A stretch of 59,870 nt of DNA from Balamuthia mandrillaris. Its lineage: Eukaryota. The DNA is taken from positions 186,001-245,870 of the forward strand of contig JAVKOQ020000053.1 in assembly GCA_031835245.2 (NCBI GenBank). The letters are read 5' to 3'. Made by a program: the position numbers and the translations under genes. Positions 1 through 13,314 of the stretch are shown one piece after another. The notes under the pieces are model-generated. The model ran no database searches, was not told the DNA's origin, and was given only the letters and a program-made list of their open reading frames with translations. How positions within the stretch are numbered: position 1 is the first letter of the stretch; every line of letters begins with the position of its first letter.

Positions 1-396
1 CATTCACTTTGGCTGTCAAATTGGCACAAATCTAAAAACGGAGTAAAACCGTAAGCAACAAAGAGGCTGTCGTCCCTAGAGTGAGAGAAGAGAAAATAGA
101 ATTGGACAGAAGAGTACCAGGTCTTTGGCGGATGAATAGTAGCTAGTGAAAATGCTGTTCAACACGTAAAAGAACTCCTCTTCGTTAGGAAGGAGTTGCT
201 TGCAACCCATTTGATGCTGCATGTAATAAACCATATATCAATATGACCGTTTTAAAAACTAGTATTCAAAGAGTTTGACAAACCTGAAAGTCAGTTGTAT
301 TTATCGAACTCCAAGCCCTCGACAGGTTATAGACCGCGTCGTGTACAACGGAACTGCAAGCCTCGCCTGTGTGTACATAAGACCTTAGCAAAGAGA

Positions 397-437
<41 letters not shown>

Positions 438-1756
438 GACAGAGGCTCTAACCTAACCAGGCTTGGTAGGCAGAGTCGTAGCCAATATCTTCAAGGGTGG
501 CGAGCATGTAGGGCGAAGTGGCGACACTTCCAAATACCAGTTGTGGATTTTTGGCTCTGTAGAAAAGCAAATGTTCGTTTAGCACAAATTGGTTTTTTTT
601 TTTTTAAAAAAAGGGGTGGAATACAGATAAAGAGGGGAGGGGGATGCTAGTATGTTTACCTCAACCACGTGGCGTAGGCACCATTGAATAGATCGGCAAC
701 AATAATCCAACGAGGCTATTGAGATAATGTAAGCACAAAGAGTAGCTACAAGGAGAAGAGTAGCAGAGATAAAGTACGTCATTCAACTGCAGGGTTTTGG
801 TCATATTCGCAATAAAATCGCTGTAGTCTGCGATGCTGTAAATTTGTGCATTCATATTAACTTAGCAGAGAATAGAGAGCAAAGCAAGGAAGAAAGGAAG
901 AGAGAGCAGCAGTGCCAAACAGAGTGGAGTAGAAGAAGAAGAGCGAGGAACACTGAAAACGAGAATAGGAGGGAGGGAGAAGACACAACGAAGATAGTAC
1001 TTTTGCTCTATGGTAGAGAAACGAATATTGGTAGAGGTAACGTCGCGCACGGGATAGCTCTGCCCAGAATAACGAGGCTCTATTTCGATCAACATAGCCC
1101 CTATTCATTTAAGCCATGTTTTCAAAAATAAAAAATACGTTATGATTGTAAGTTAACCGGTCCAGAAGCGCAACAAAGAAAGAGCATTTGTTGGGGGAGG
1201 CAATACGGTACCCAACTCTTTGGCCCACTCCGCCACAGCAGAGGTGGTCAGGTCACCATCAGGCTGCCATATAAAAGAGTTGATGTAGACTGTGGTTTGT
1301 TATTGCCCAATCATAAAGCGTGTAGCAGGAGTCAGTGAGAGAGTGATCGAAAAGTAAACACAACGAGAGAGGGGGAGAAAGAGAGAGAGAGAAAGAAGGA
1401 AAAAAAAGTAGCAGGACGGTACGCAGAACGATCCCGTTGGATTGGTCTTTCCACCAGCTCTTCTGTAGCCAGAAGCGCTGGTGGAAAGACGCGCCGTTTT
1501 GGAGATCAAAGTGATCCACCGGCTGAGTGAAATTGCCGGCAGTGATGCCCGCGGCGGCCGCTAACCCCCTTCTGCCACCACCAGCAGCAGCGGAGGAAGC
1601 GGGAGCCGCGGCAGAGGAGGAGCCAACGAGGGAGGAAAAGTAAAAGGTGGTGAAGACGAGCGCAATCATAAAGGCTTTACGGTTGAGGAAGTGCATGGAA
1701 GCGGTCCATCTCGGGAGCTTGATGCAGTAGAGGTTGGTCAACACTGAGATCTTCAT
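1..1756 (-). CDS. Serine carboxypeptidase S28-family (PRCP/PRSS16-like) homologue, multi-exon, runs off the window; catalytic Ser apparently lost
   Basis: Hydrophobic N-terminus, then FTQPVDHFD...FHQRFW. Spliced exons give IEPRYSGQSYP (cf. EHRYYGxSxP), SIADYSDFI, PRWIIVADLFNGAYATWLRAKNPQLVFGSVATS. The start could be a downstream ATG. Confidence 0.85.
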
Positions 1757-2173
1757 GGTCGGGTGGGCGTGCTACAAGAGCAGCAGCAGTAGTGAGTTCT
1801 GGTTCGTCGTCGTAACTCAAGCAAGGAAAAGAACAGATAAGAAAAAAAGAGAGCAAAAAAAAATAAATATTGAGGAAATTCTGCAGAAGATGTTGGAGAC
1901 CTCTTCCGCCAATCAAAAGATTATGTCGACCAATGTGGCGCAGCTTGGAATATGCGCCGTTGTATGCCAGGTGAATGGCGGAATTCTCATCCCATGGAAT
2001 TCGTCGACGAGAATTACGGAAAAGGTAATAATACGTGATACGGAAAGAAGGAAAAGAAAAAGGAAAAAGTGGTTGCTGTAGTTTTTGTTGGAAACAAACA
2101 CCCACGAGAGAGAGAGAGAGGGAGAGGGAGAGAGAGAGAGAGAACCACCCGCACGCACATCAGACAATAGAGC

Positions 2174-4299
2174 ATGGAAAGAGAGGAGTGTGAAGACGGT
2201 GGGCCATTGGCCCTGCTCGAGCCGCTCAGCGAGGAGCCTCCTCCCACAAGTGAACCAGAGCGCAACGGCGATGTTACCACCGTCGCTCAACGTTCCATCC
2301 TTTCTGAACAACCTTTTGCTTCCACTCTTTCTTCTTCTTCCTCTTCTTCTTCTTCTTCTTCCAGCAACACTGATCAACGAAAAAGCAAAGGAAAGGAAAA
2401 AGTAGATGTGGAGGAACAAGAACCTCAAGAATTACTACTAGAAGAAGGTGAAGCAGAAGAATGGGAAGCACCAGAGGGAGTGTCCACCAGCACTGTCTAT
2501 GACATTGTCCTTTTGGACGCCCGCAACGTTAAACAGCCATGGGACGCTCTCTCTTACACTGTACGATTTCCTCTCCTCGCTCTTCTCCATCTCCTTCTGC
2601 GTTTCCTGTCTCCGTGTAGTTACAGTTGGTGTGTGACAAACAGGTCTATGATGTGGCCTTGTACACTTTAGCTTCCAAGAAGCCAATCGTGGTGTCGAAG
2701 CGCTTCAGCGAGTTTGTGGCATTTCATGACGCCGTACGATCTTCTTTCCCTCCTCCTCTCTCTCTCTCTCTCTCTCTGTTCTCTCATCACGTTAGTAATC
2801 GTGCACCAGTTGAAAGCAGCGTTTCCAACAGCAAAGGTGCCAGTATTTCCTTCAAAGTCGTTGCTGACACCCAAGATGGACCCCACTCTGATCGAGCTCC
2901 GTAAGTTGGAGCTGGAAGAGTATCTGAGAGAGCTGTTGAGCCTGAGCAAAGAACAGCAGCAACAACAACAGATCCAACAACGAAAGAGAAGAGGAAGCGG
3001 CAGCGAAGCAGAGGCGTCAGCAGAGGGTGACGTCCCTTCTGCTGGTGTCAACTTTTGGGATTCTTTCTATACAAAGCTTTTCTTGGAGGCATATGACCTC
3101 CACGAGAAAGTGGTGATCATTACAGGTGGCGCTAGCGGCCTTGGTTTGGCAGCGGCTAAAGTCTTAGCTACTCTTAAGGCTCGCGTTATCCTTGGTTCGT
3201 TCTCTCTCTCTCTCTCTCTTGTTCTGTTGCATAACTCATTCTTCTCTTCTTATTGTTTCCGTGGCTGTTCTTCGTTCTTTGCTCTGAACAGCCATACGAT
3301 CACCGGAATCAGCTTCGTCTATCATAGAACAAATACAAAAAGGTACTTTGCCGTATTTCTATCGATTCGTTATTGGTTTGTGTTCACTTCTTTTGTTCTT
3401 TCTGTAGAAACAAAAAACACAAACGTGGAGGCAATGCAGCTCGACCTTTCTTCATTGGCCTCGGTTCGTTCATTCGTGGAGGCATTCAAAGCCAAGGACT
3501 TGCCATTGCATCTTCTCATCAACAACGCAGCCATGTTGGGCATTCGCGGACTATCCGAAGATGGCTTCGAACTTCATTTGGCATCTAACTACCTTGGGTA
3601 CGTTGCTCTTTATTTATTTGTTCTCTGGTTATTTTTGTAAGCGCGACCAGTTTTTAACTAGAGGAGCAAAAAAAAAAAAAAAAAGCCACTTTCTGTTGAC
3701 CAATCTACTGTTGGAAAGCTTAGAACAAGGAGGCGGATCCGCCCGCATAATCAACGTAAGCTGCAAAGTGCACATGAACGTGACAGGTCCGGTTAACTGG
3801 TCCACCGTAGCTAGAGAGCCATGCGCCAATGGGCCTCGTGGTCTTCTTGGTATGTTCCTTGTTCTGCTGGAGTTGGAACTGGCTTCTTCATTCTATTAAC
3901 TCGTTTTCTTGTTAATACAACAAAGCTGCGTATGAGAAAAGCAAATTAGCCAATGCCATGTTTACCAGAGAACTGAGTAAGCGACTAAGAGGACGACCCA
4001 TCACCGTGTTTACCGCTGATCCCGGCGTTATCGCCTCTGGTATCCCTTCTCTCTCTCTCTCTCTCTCTCTCCTGCAAAAAAAGAAAGTTTCGCTGTGTTT
4101 TTTAGACTTCTAACCTTCTGTTCATACAGGTCTTTGGCGGAATCTACCAGGTCCATTGGCGTGGATGATGAAAAAGGTGATGACGAGCGAGGAACGGGCC
4201 GTTACCACCTTGCTTTATTGTGCTATCTCTGAGGAAGCCTTGAAACTACCCTCTGGTACCTACTGCGAGAAATGTGCCGAAGGAGTACGTCTACGATTT

Positions 4300-4341
<42 letters not shown>

Positions 4342-4535
4342 CATTTTGCTCCTTGCATAATCCCTCACCATGTTATTCCATACAGACGCCTAGCCCTATA
4401 GTGGATGATAAAGACCAAACTTCTAGTTTATGGCAGCTCAGCGAGGAGTGGAGTGGACTACTGAGCGGCTCCTCCACAACCACTGTTGCTTCCACCGCTG
4501 ATGCTGATGATGACATAACGAACGAACCACTTTAA
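2174..4535 (+). CDS. PX domain fused to a retinol dehydrogenase/WWOX-like short-chain dehydrogenase
   Basis: PX: VSKRFSEFVAFHDA|LKAAFP..VPVFPSK..IELRKLELEEYL. SDR begins in the same exon: VVIITGGASGLG, then LDLSSLASVRSF, LINNAA, NYLGHFLLT, AYEKSKLAN (YxxxK), DPGVIAS. Confidence 0.9.
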
Positions 4536-4669
4536 ACCAAGATATTTTGAGTCTATTTTTTTAAAAAATATGTTATTTAGTTAACGAACAAAGCTGCATT
4601 TCAAGTAGCCCACCGCTTTAACCAAGTTCATTGTTAATACGGTAACATAGAACGAGCTATTGTTTGTTG

Positions 4670-5144
4670 TTAAAAGTCCAAAGTGTTACGCTCTTCCATT
4701 TGAGTTCGCTTCTGCAGCCGGATTTCTTGGTAGAGCGGCTCCAACAAAAAGGATTGCAGCAACTTTACATAGTTTGCAAGAGATGTCTTTTTATAAAGTG
4801 GTCCTGTTTTTTTTTCAATCAACAAACAGACAATGCCAATAAGAAAGAGAGAGAAGTGAGAAGAGAGAAGAGAGAAGAGAAGAGAGAAGAGAAGGGAGAG
4901 AGACAACAACGAAGGAAAAAAAAAACGTACGTTTGGTAGGTTGTTGAGAATCGTTGGCGTGTTGGGCATCATACTGGTTCAGTTCGTTTTCCAGTTGCCG
5001 GACGGTGGGCACTGCCAGTGGATCAAATTGGTCACAGATTCTAGCATCAATGGGCACACATACCCTCTCTATACCAGAGTTGAAAAAGAACAAAAAGGAA
5101 AGGCAAAAAGCATTAGCATATCATACGTCCAATCAAAGCGCGCG

Positions 5145-5185
<41 letters not shown>

Positions 5186-6834
5186 ACACTCCCTCTTTCA
5201 ACACAGGAAGTCGCGTACGAGTGCCAGGGTGGACGCAAAAAGGGGACTTGAGAAGATGGTTCATGTGAATGCTGACTTGGATATCCAAACGAGGGTATGT
5301 GTACGTGAACACAATGTCTTGTATGGGATCTCCATAAGGGATTTCTTTCTTGGCCTTCGTTTTTGTTTAGAAGGATTGTCAACAGAAAATGGAGAGAAGA
5401 AAGAAGAAAGATGACAGACAGAAGGATGAACGTACGATCGCTTGCTGAATGATAGGTACAAGCTCCTGCCATCGCTCTTCGGGTGTTGCATCATGCTTTT
5501 TCCAATGCTCCGATATCTTTTCCGCTATATCTTGTAAAGTACTAAGTAAAGGATGAAAACAGGAAAATAAACAAGAAAAGGTGAAAAAAATGAAGTGAAA
5601 GGATATGAGGTAGCGGTTGAAGGATCTTGCTCCAGTGAGCTTCGTCATCAAGCAGATGTTGTTGCGGAATAACACTGTTCACGAATGTTGGATAAAGAAC
5701 TTCGTCATAGGATTGCCTGTTTTCGTTAGCATACCAAAAAGAATGGAGATTAGTTTATATGGTAACCAAAGGAGAAAGAACTTGAAGAGAAGAAGAAGAT
5801 CAACAACAACAAAAGAAGAAGAAGAAGAAGAAGAAGAAGAAGAAGAAGAAGAACAACAACAACAACAACAACAAAAAGATATCACAAGAAATAAAGAAAG
5901 ACACACGAACTTTAAGGATGGATGCAAATCTTTGGGCAACGAAACAAATGACACTCCCTCGCTTCGTTTGTTCTGCGTGGCCACAGCAATATACTCCGCC
6001 ACAGCGGTCCTCCCGCTCTGGTTGAGCTGCCTGGCCCTCGCGTCACACACCCAGCAGTGAACACCTCTGCGACCGCTGTAAACCCAAAGAATGCAACGAA
6101 AGCCAAAGTCCTCTCGGAGAACGCGATCCATGACCTTGATGGCGGCTGCCATGAGAGGCCAGCAGCTGCCGCAAATGTCCGTGCCGCTGCAGCAGGAGCG
6201 AACATCGTCGTAGTCCGTTATATCTATATCAAAGACGAGCTCTTTCTCCACTGGCACAAACGCCTTGCTGTCCATCCCGAGTTTTCTTTGTGGCTGACCA
6301 TCAAATCAGTACACAAGTTGGTTGCCGAAAGGAGAAGAAAAGAAGTGAGTAAGAGGAGAAGAAAGCGTGGAGGGAGAAGAATAAGTACAGGAGCGGAGTA
6401 GATAGCTCCAACGTCTATTTTTCTTGGAACTTCTTTGGCGAGGTCGTTCTTAAACTGTTCTGTGTTTTCGTAGCAGAGGTAGCGCTTGTAGGTGGTGCCG
6501 CCGCCCGGTATGTCTATCTCAAAGGAAAATTCTCGTTTCATGAACGTGTCCTTTTGCACTGCCATTTTCCACATAAGACAAACTAAGAAGAAGCAAAGAG
6601 TGGCGAAAAAAATGAAAGAAGGAAGACAAACAAAACCTTCTCCATAGCTCCACCATTGATACAATTCATTGGCAGGGTACAAGTTCTCTGGATACGTTAT
6701 TGTCAATAAATACATGCCACCATTAGGTTAAGAAGGGATTGCTTCTTTCTCGTTTCAAAAAAAAAAAGGAACGGACGGCGCCACTCACCATAAAAGAACT
6801 TCATGCCTTGCTTCAGATCCTCCGCGCAGTACAT
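4670..6834 (-). CDS. PRIM1: DNA primase small (catalytic) subunit
   Basis: [82 protein letters not shown]. Start approximate. Confidence 0.95.
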
Positions 6835-7034
6835 ATTTTGGCCCAGGCTTGTTTGTGGTGCGTACCTCCTGCTCCACTGCTACTTCCTTTCCTTTCACTG
6901 GTTTTTGTTTGCCTATTCGCTTTCCCAACTTTCTTCTTTGCTTTGGTTGCTCATTTTGGCGGGAAAGTTATTTACGACCCCTCATCCATTTATTATTAAT
7001 TTTGTCGACTTTTTTTTGTACGGCACTAGAAAGC

Positions 7035-8901
7035 TTACGAGGAAGAGGAAGAGGAAGAGGAAGAGGAAGAGGAAGAGGAAGAGGAAGAGGAAGAGGAAGA
7101 GGAAGAGGAAGAAGATGAGGAGGAAGAGGATGAAGCATCGCCAGAGGGAAGATCTAGCAGGATGCCGATGGGACAATGGTCAGAGCCGAGCGCTTCACTG
7201 CGAATGAAAGAAGCCTTCACAGCTGGAAGGAAAGTCTTGGAGACGACAAAGTAATCCAAACGCCAGCCTTTGTTCTTGGACCTGCAGTTGAACCTGTATC
7301 CCCAATAGGAGTACTGCACCTCCTCTGGATGGAGATGGCGCCACGTGTCCACAAAGCCTTCCTCTAACAATGCTCCGAAGTCAGTTCTTTCCTCGTTGGT
7401 GAATCCTGCCGTTTTTTTCTGTTGGTTTTGTTAGTTGCTGCTTTCAGGCAAAGACAACTGGCAGAGCAAATGAGAAAAGAGCAAAGAAGGAATACTAACG
7501 TTGCCTTTTGGATTGTGGATATCGATTTCTTGATGAGCCACCTTCATAACAAGCCTAAGATAAGAATCGACAAACGCAAAAAAAGAAAAAAAGAAGAATA
7601 TGTACATTTAAATCACCACACCAGACTACTGGTTTGGTTGCTTCTAGCTTTTTAAAGTACTTCAACAGGTCCTTGTTCCACTGTTGACGATATTCAAGGC
7701 TGCCATTTGGTTGAGTCAGTTATTGAACAAATGAAGAAGAAACAAAGAGAAAGGGGAATAGAGATACCGTTCCAACTTGGCACCAGAGTTAGGGACGTAG
7801 GTGTTGACCAGATAGAAACTAGGGTACTCCAAGGTGATGGTTCTTCCTTCCTGGTCGTGTTCATCCACACCAATGCCAAAAGTTACTTTCAGAGGGGCCG
7901 TTTTGGCAAATACTCTAAACAGCACGGTAAACCATTTTTTAGTTAGTTGAGAAGGAACGAAATAAGCAGAAGAAGAAGTAGGAGCAAGAAGAAAAGCATG
8001 AGAGGAAGGATTGCGTACGCAGTGCCTGCATAGCCAAGCTTGGCAGTGGAACAGCTCCACCACTCGTGCGGGTACTTAGCACCAAGAAGGCCTGGCTTTG
8101 GCTTGTTGCCATCCTGGTACTTCGTCTCCTGGAAACATATTACATCAGGGTCTTCCAGTCGCACGTAACGCTCCAAAGTTTGTTTCTGTTTGGGTTAAAC
8201 AACAAAAAATCATATAAGATAAGGAAGAGAGAAAGTTTAAAAAAAGAGAGAAAAGATAAGGAAACAAACCTTGAGGAAAGCAGCCATTCCATCAACGTTC
8301 CAAGATATTATTTTCATGTACTTGCTGCAGCCAGAATCAGTGATAAGGAAAAGTAAGCAAAGGAAAGAAGAAGGAAGAAAGACAAGTGAACAGAAAAGGA
8401 GAGGAGAGGGAATCGTACGAGTCGTCATCAGTGATAGGAGGAACAGGAGCCTCGGGGTTAGGCTCCCACACAGCTTCCTTTTGGTTTTATAAAATAAAGA
8501 CGAAGAAAAAAAAAAAAAGAAAAAACAGATGAACATACCGAGCCAGCGTTTGGTTTCGTCTTTTTTGAGGCTTCCGACTCTCCTTTCTCGGCCTTTGCGC
8601 CGCGCTTTCGCTTGTTATTGGTAGCGGCTGTTTCCTTCTGTTTGCCTTTACCTTTGGCAGCGGCTTTTCTTGGGCTCTTTCTTTTGGGCTTAGTCTCTTC
8701 TTCCTCTTCCTCTTCTTCTTCCTCTTCTACCTCCTCTTCCTCTTCCTCGTCTTTTTCTTTCTTGTACTTTTTCTTGCCGTTACTCTCGCTCAGCAAACGG
8801 TCTATGAGCTCCGCCTTGCGTCCAAGCGTGCTCAGCCCAAGTTCCTTCAGCTCCTCCTTCAGCTGGGCAACGGTAAGCTTTTCCCAATTCTTAGAGCTCA
8901 T
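7035..8901 (-). CDS. APEX1: AP endonuclease (ExoIII/APE1 family) with N-terminal SAP domain and C-terminal poly-Ser
   Basis: [31 protein letters not shown]. Exo[73 protein letters not shown]. Confidence 0.95.
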
Positions 8902-9131
8902 TTGTTTGTTTTCGTAACGCCCAAAAGGTCAAAATCCGACCTTGTTGCCTCTTCCTCTCCCTCTCTCGTTGGGACTAACTTTTCCTCACCCTAAATAAAA
9001 TATTTTATTTCTAAGAAAAATTTCAGTAATGCTAATAAATGCCGACATAATTTAATGCCGACAAGGATTCAAAACGCCAATGAGAAATCAAAATAAAAAT
9101 TGAGAAAATTATTCCAAGAAAAAAGAATAAG
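8902..9131. promoter_or_regulatory. Probable bidirectional promoter between head-to-head APEX1 and ERCC1
   Basis: 230-bp AT-rich gap between two divergent start codons. Confidence 0.5.
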
Positions 9132-9744
9132 ATGGAAGGCAGACATGGAGAGGGGGAGGGGAGTGGGGGAGCGGCGGCCTCGTCTCCGTTCTTCATCCCG
9201 AGCGCCAAGGAACTGGAAGAGCTGAAGCGGCAACGCCAAGCAGCCGCCTCCAACCCTCCCACAGGGGCCGCTGCGGCGCTCTCCTTCTTTCGGCGGCGAA
9301 AGCCCTCCCCAAGCACAGCCACCACCAATGCCTCCACGAGTGAAGGAGAGCCAGCAGCAGCAGCCGGAGCCACTTCTCCTTACTTTAGTCGCACTGCCCC
9401 TGCTCCTCCGCCTTCTTCTTCCGCAGCTACTTCCACCACCGCCACATCAACGTTGGAACAGAGATCGTTCACAACCGCGTCTAGCATGATTGCAAGGGAC
9501 CCTTATTCACTCAGCTCGCCTCAACTGATGACCACCATCCTTGCCAACGCTGCCACAACTACCATTTCTGCTATCACCTCCTCTGCTAGTTCTCCCTATG
9601 CTTCTTCCTCTTCTTCAGCTGCTGCCAACAGGTCACCCCGTGCTGCTGCTACTCCGACCGGTAGAGCTTCACCACGTCGCCTCCTTGTAAATAACTGCCA
9701 AAAAGGCAACCGCGTTCTTAAGGTTCCGTCCGTTCTCTCTTTGG

Positions 9745-9780
<36 letters not shown>

Positions 9781-9988
9781 CTCTCTTTCTCTCTCATTTT
9801 TGCTGATTGGTTGGGGTCACTACCGCGTAGTATCTTTCGAATGTAAGTTGGGAGTATTCAGGGCATATACGGCCAGACTACGTGCTTGGAGCGGAAAGCT
9901 GCGCTCTTTATCTCAGGTTCCTTCCTTCCCGCCTAGCCATCTCTCTCTCACTCTCTCTCTCTCTCTTCTCTCTCTCTTCTCTCTCCCT

Positions 9989-10028
<40 letters not shown>

Positions 10029-10611
10029 CGAACACACCCCAACCTTTCTAACAAACCATAGTATGAAGTATCACTTGTTACACCCAACGTACATAGGGCA
10101 AAGGATGGCACAAATACGAGGCAGCTTTGCGTGCAGCGTGCTGTTGGTGCAAGTGGATATTGCCGGCAGCACGCAAGCCCCTCTAGCGGAGCTTGCACAA
10201 CTTGCCATACTGCAAGGCTTCACTCTCATTCTGGCATGGAGTCACCGTGAAGTCGCTCGTTACTTGGAAACCTTCAAGGCTTACGAACATAAGCCCGCAA
10301 AACTCATTCAGGTTTTTCATCCTCTTTATTTTTTTGTGCTTTTGCTCTTTAGTTTTCTTTGCTAAAGAGGTCTTGATCTTTGAATAGGAACGAGTGGAGG
10401 ATGATCACTTTTCCCAGCTGACTGATTGTTTGACCAATATAAGGGGTATCAACAAAACGGACGTGTTAACGCTATCAACCACATTTGGATCGTTGAAGAA
10501 CATAATCAACTCTTCCATGGAGGAACTGTCCTTATGTCCTGGCCTTGGCGAACGCAAAGTGAAGCAGCTCTTTGCCACTTTTAACACTCCTTTCAAGGCC
10601 AGTGGGAGTGG

Positions 10612-10688
<77 letters not shown>

Positions 10689-10888
10689 AGACAAAACGAG
10701 AACATCCCACCTCAAAGGGATCTTTCTTCTCGACTTCTCTTACTTCGAAGAAACAACGAACCACCGAACAGCAACAACAGAGACTTTTACCCGAAGAAAG
10801 CGAAGAAGAAGAAGCAACGACAAACATGGAAAGAAGAGAACAAGGCGAACAGGAGGAGGAGAAGGAGAAAGAAAAAGAAGAGAATTAA
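9132..10888 (+). CDS. ERCC1: DNA excision repair protein ERCC1/Rad10
   Basis: LLVNNCQKGNRVLK, PDYVLG..CALYLSMKYHLLHPTYI, LILAWSHREVARYLETFKAYEHKPA; HhH domain CLTNIRGINKTDVLTL...LCPGLGERKVKQL. Confidence 0.95.
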
Positions 10889-11223
10889 TGTCAGCCCTGT
10901 CCTGCCTATTATCTCTTCTCCCCTCCTCCATCGCATGCGTGGCACCCTCAGCCTCGAGCGGTGGACCGCTTCGGGCGCTTCAGGCTCCCAACAAACAGTT
11001 TCTGCTATGTTTCGTGGGCTGTGTGTTCTTCTGGCAACGAAAGCAGTCTTCTCAGAAACCCACAAGGGATGCTAACTTAACAGAAAAATAAAAAGGGACC
11101 GGACGGCTGAAGTCCCTTCCCATTAAACCACAACAACAACAACAACAACAAGGAGAAGAAGAAGAATAGCTTCACAGAGATAACAAAGCAACAACAAGAC
11201 AAAGAAAGAAGACGAGGAGCAAC

Positions 11224-11626
11224 ATGGAGGAAAGTGGTATCAGAGTACAATGGCTGAGGCCGAACATCGCCACGGTTACCGTCAGGGAGGACCAAGAGGC
11301 CGAGGTTGATCTTTTCGTGTCCGACAAAGAGCCACCGACAGAAGTGCATCTGAAGGACTGCCGCGAGGCTTCCCTCAAAGTTTTGCTGCCCTCTGCTGCC
11401 CCGTCAAACAGTCTGAAGAAAGTTGTTGTGCAAAACTGCTACGACTGCGAGTTCTATTTCGTGGGGGCTTCAGGGACCGAGTCTGCCCTGGAAGAAGCGT
11501 TGCTGCTGGAAGTGATCGGCTGCGAGCAAACTTTTGTTTCGTTGAAGGGTTTGCTTGTGCCGATCATCGCTGTCGATGACTGTGGGCGCACTCGCTTGGA
11601 ACTTCCTGACGAATGGCCTGGTTTGT

Positions 11627-11671
<45 letters not shown>

Positions 11672-12544
11672 ACCTCTCTCTCCACTCCCTCTGACTCCTG
11701 CTTATTTTATATTTGTCTATGTAGGAGCTCACAAGAACGCAATGATAATGGCGTGCGCTTCAACCAAGGCGGTGGTCGCTGTGGCCTCTGCCACCAAGCG
11801 CTTCCCTATTCCCGATGGCGATTGGGATGTAAGTAGACACTTTCCTGTAGTTGTTGTCTTGTGCGGTTCGGTTTGATCAGTGTTTATTCATGCTTTTATC
11901 TCAAACGTTTGTTTTCCTTCTCTCCATGGATAGATAACACTGCAGCAGATCGTGCGGAGGAAGGAAGACGGCAGTTTCTTTTCGGGAGAGTTGAAGTCGG
12001 CGAGATGTGTGTCCGCTAGGGACCGCCTCCGCCTCATAGCAGAGCTGTGTTCAGGCCAAGCGGAACGTGACGTAACGCCAAGTGACTATTCCTCCATCAT
12101 CCTTAACACAATGGATTCTTCTCTGTTAGAGCAAGCTTTACCAGCCAATCCAGAGGTAAGTGTAGCTGTAGATGAATGAAATACTCCCTTGGGAAAACTA
12201 ACCCTTTTGGTTCTTTCGTTCGCTTTTTGAACACAAAGGATGCCAGCTTGCGGCGTGGTCATGGGAGTGAAGAAGAGATAGAAGAGCTGTTTGACGCGCC
12301 CGAAGTGCTCAAAGAAAAGATAGCGCAACTTGCAAAGCTCATCAAGGAAAGCAAGTACACGGTGGCCTACACCGGTGCTGGCGTTTCCACTTCTGCCAAC
12401 ATCCCAGACTATCGAGGTCCCCAAGGTTGTTGGACACAAAGAGATAGAGGAGAAGTAGGTGAAAAGAAGTCGCTAAATTTAATGGAGGTTGTGCCAACGC
12501 CTACACATATGAGCCTAGTTAAACTTGTGGATGAAGGTTTGAAA

Positions 12545-12575
<31 letters not shown>

Positions 12576-13314
12576 ACGAAGGTTATGCTCGTTTAGGATT
12601 GGTGAAGCATGTTATTTCAACAAACCTGGATGGTCTACATTGTAAATCTGGCTTAAAACGTGGACAAAACTTAACCGAGGTTCATGGCAACTGTTTCATA
12701 GAGGTAACGTTTAGCTTCACCTTTTATTATGTGGTTGGTGTCATTAGAAAGCTGACTGTTGTTTATTTAATAGTATTGTCCCGATTGTGGAGCAGTTTAT
12801 GAACGAGAGGAAGATGTTGGTGGAATGAGTCTGGACCATACAACAGGTTAACTTTCAATATATTGCGTGTTGTTAGCACAACATCCTAATGTTAGTATTC
12901 CATTCGGGTCAATAGGAAACATGTGTGATGATGAAGATTGTAGAGGCGAATTAGTAGACAACATTATAAACTTTGGGGAAGGTACAAAGATCGAGGAATG
13001 GGATGAAGCAAGGTTCCATTCTAATCAAGCCACTTTGGCCTTGGTACTCGGTTTGTATTGCTTGTTTGCCAAGCCATATTTGATCTTAACGTTCCAATTA
13101 TTTTGTAAATGTAGGTACCTCCTTGAAAGTTCCCTCTGCTTGTTATTTACCAGAAGTTGTTTACCAAGCGAATGGCGGCACGTTGGTGATTGTTAACCTT
13201 CAACGGACACCTTTTGATCAGTTTGCCACTTTGCGTATATTTGCTCAGAGTGACCTGGCGATGCAAATGTTGGCTGAAGAATTGAACATAAAAGTCCCAC
13301 AATATAACCCATAA
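11224..13314 (+). CDS. Class IV sirtuin (SIRT6/7-like) with N-terminal C-CAP/cofactor C-like (CARP) beta-helix region
   Basis: Sirtuin: YTGAGVSTSANIPDYRGPQGCWT, PTPTHMSL, STNLDGLH, EVHGNCFIE.C..C, DNIINFGE, LGTSLKV, IVNLQRTPFD. Upstream exons (VVVQNCYDCEFYF, LEVIGCEQTFV, IAVDDCGRTRL, PIPDGDWD) splice in frame. Confidence 0.88.
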
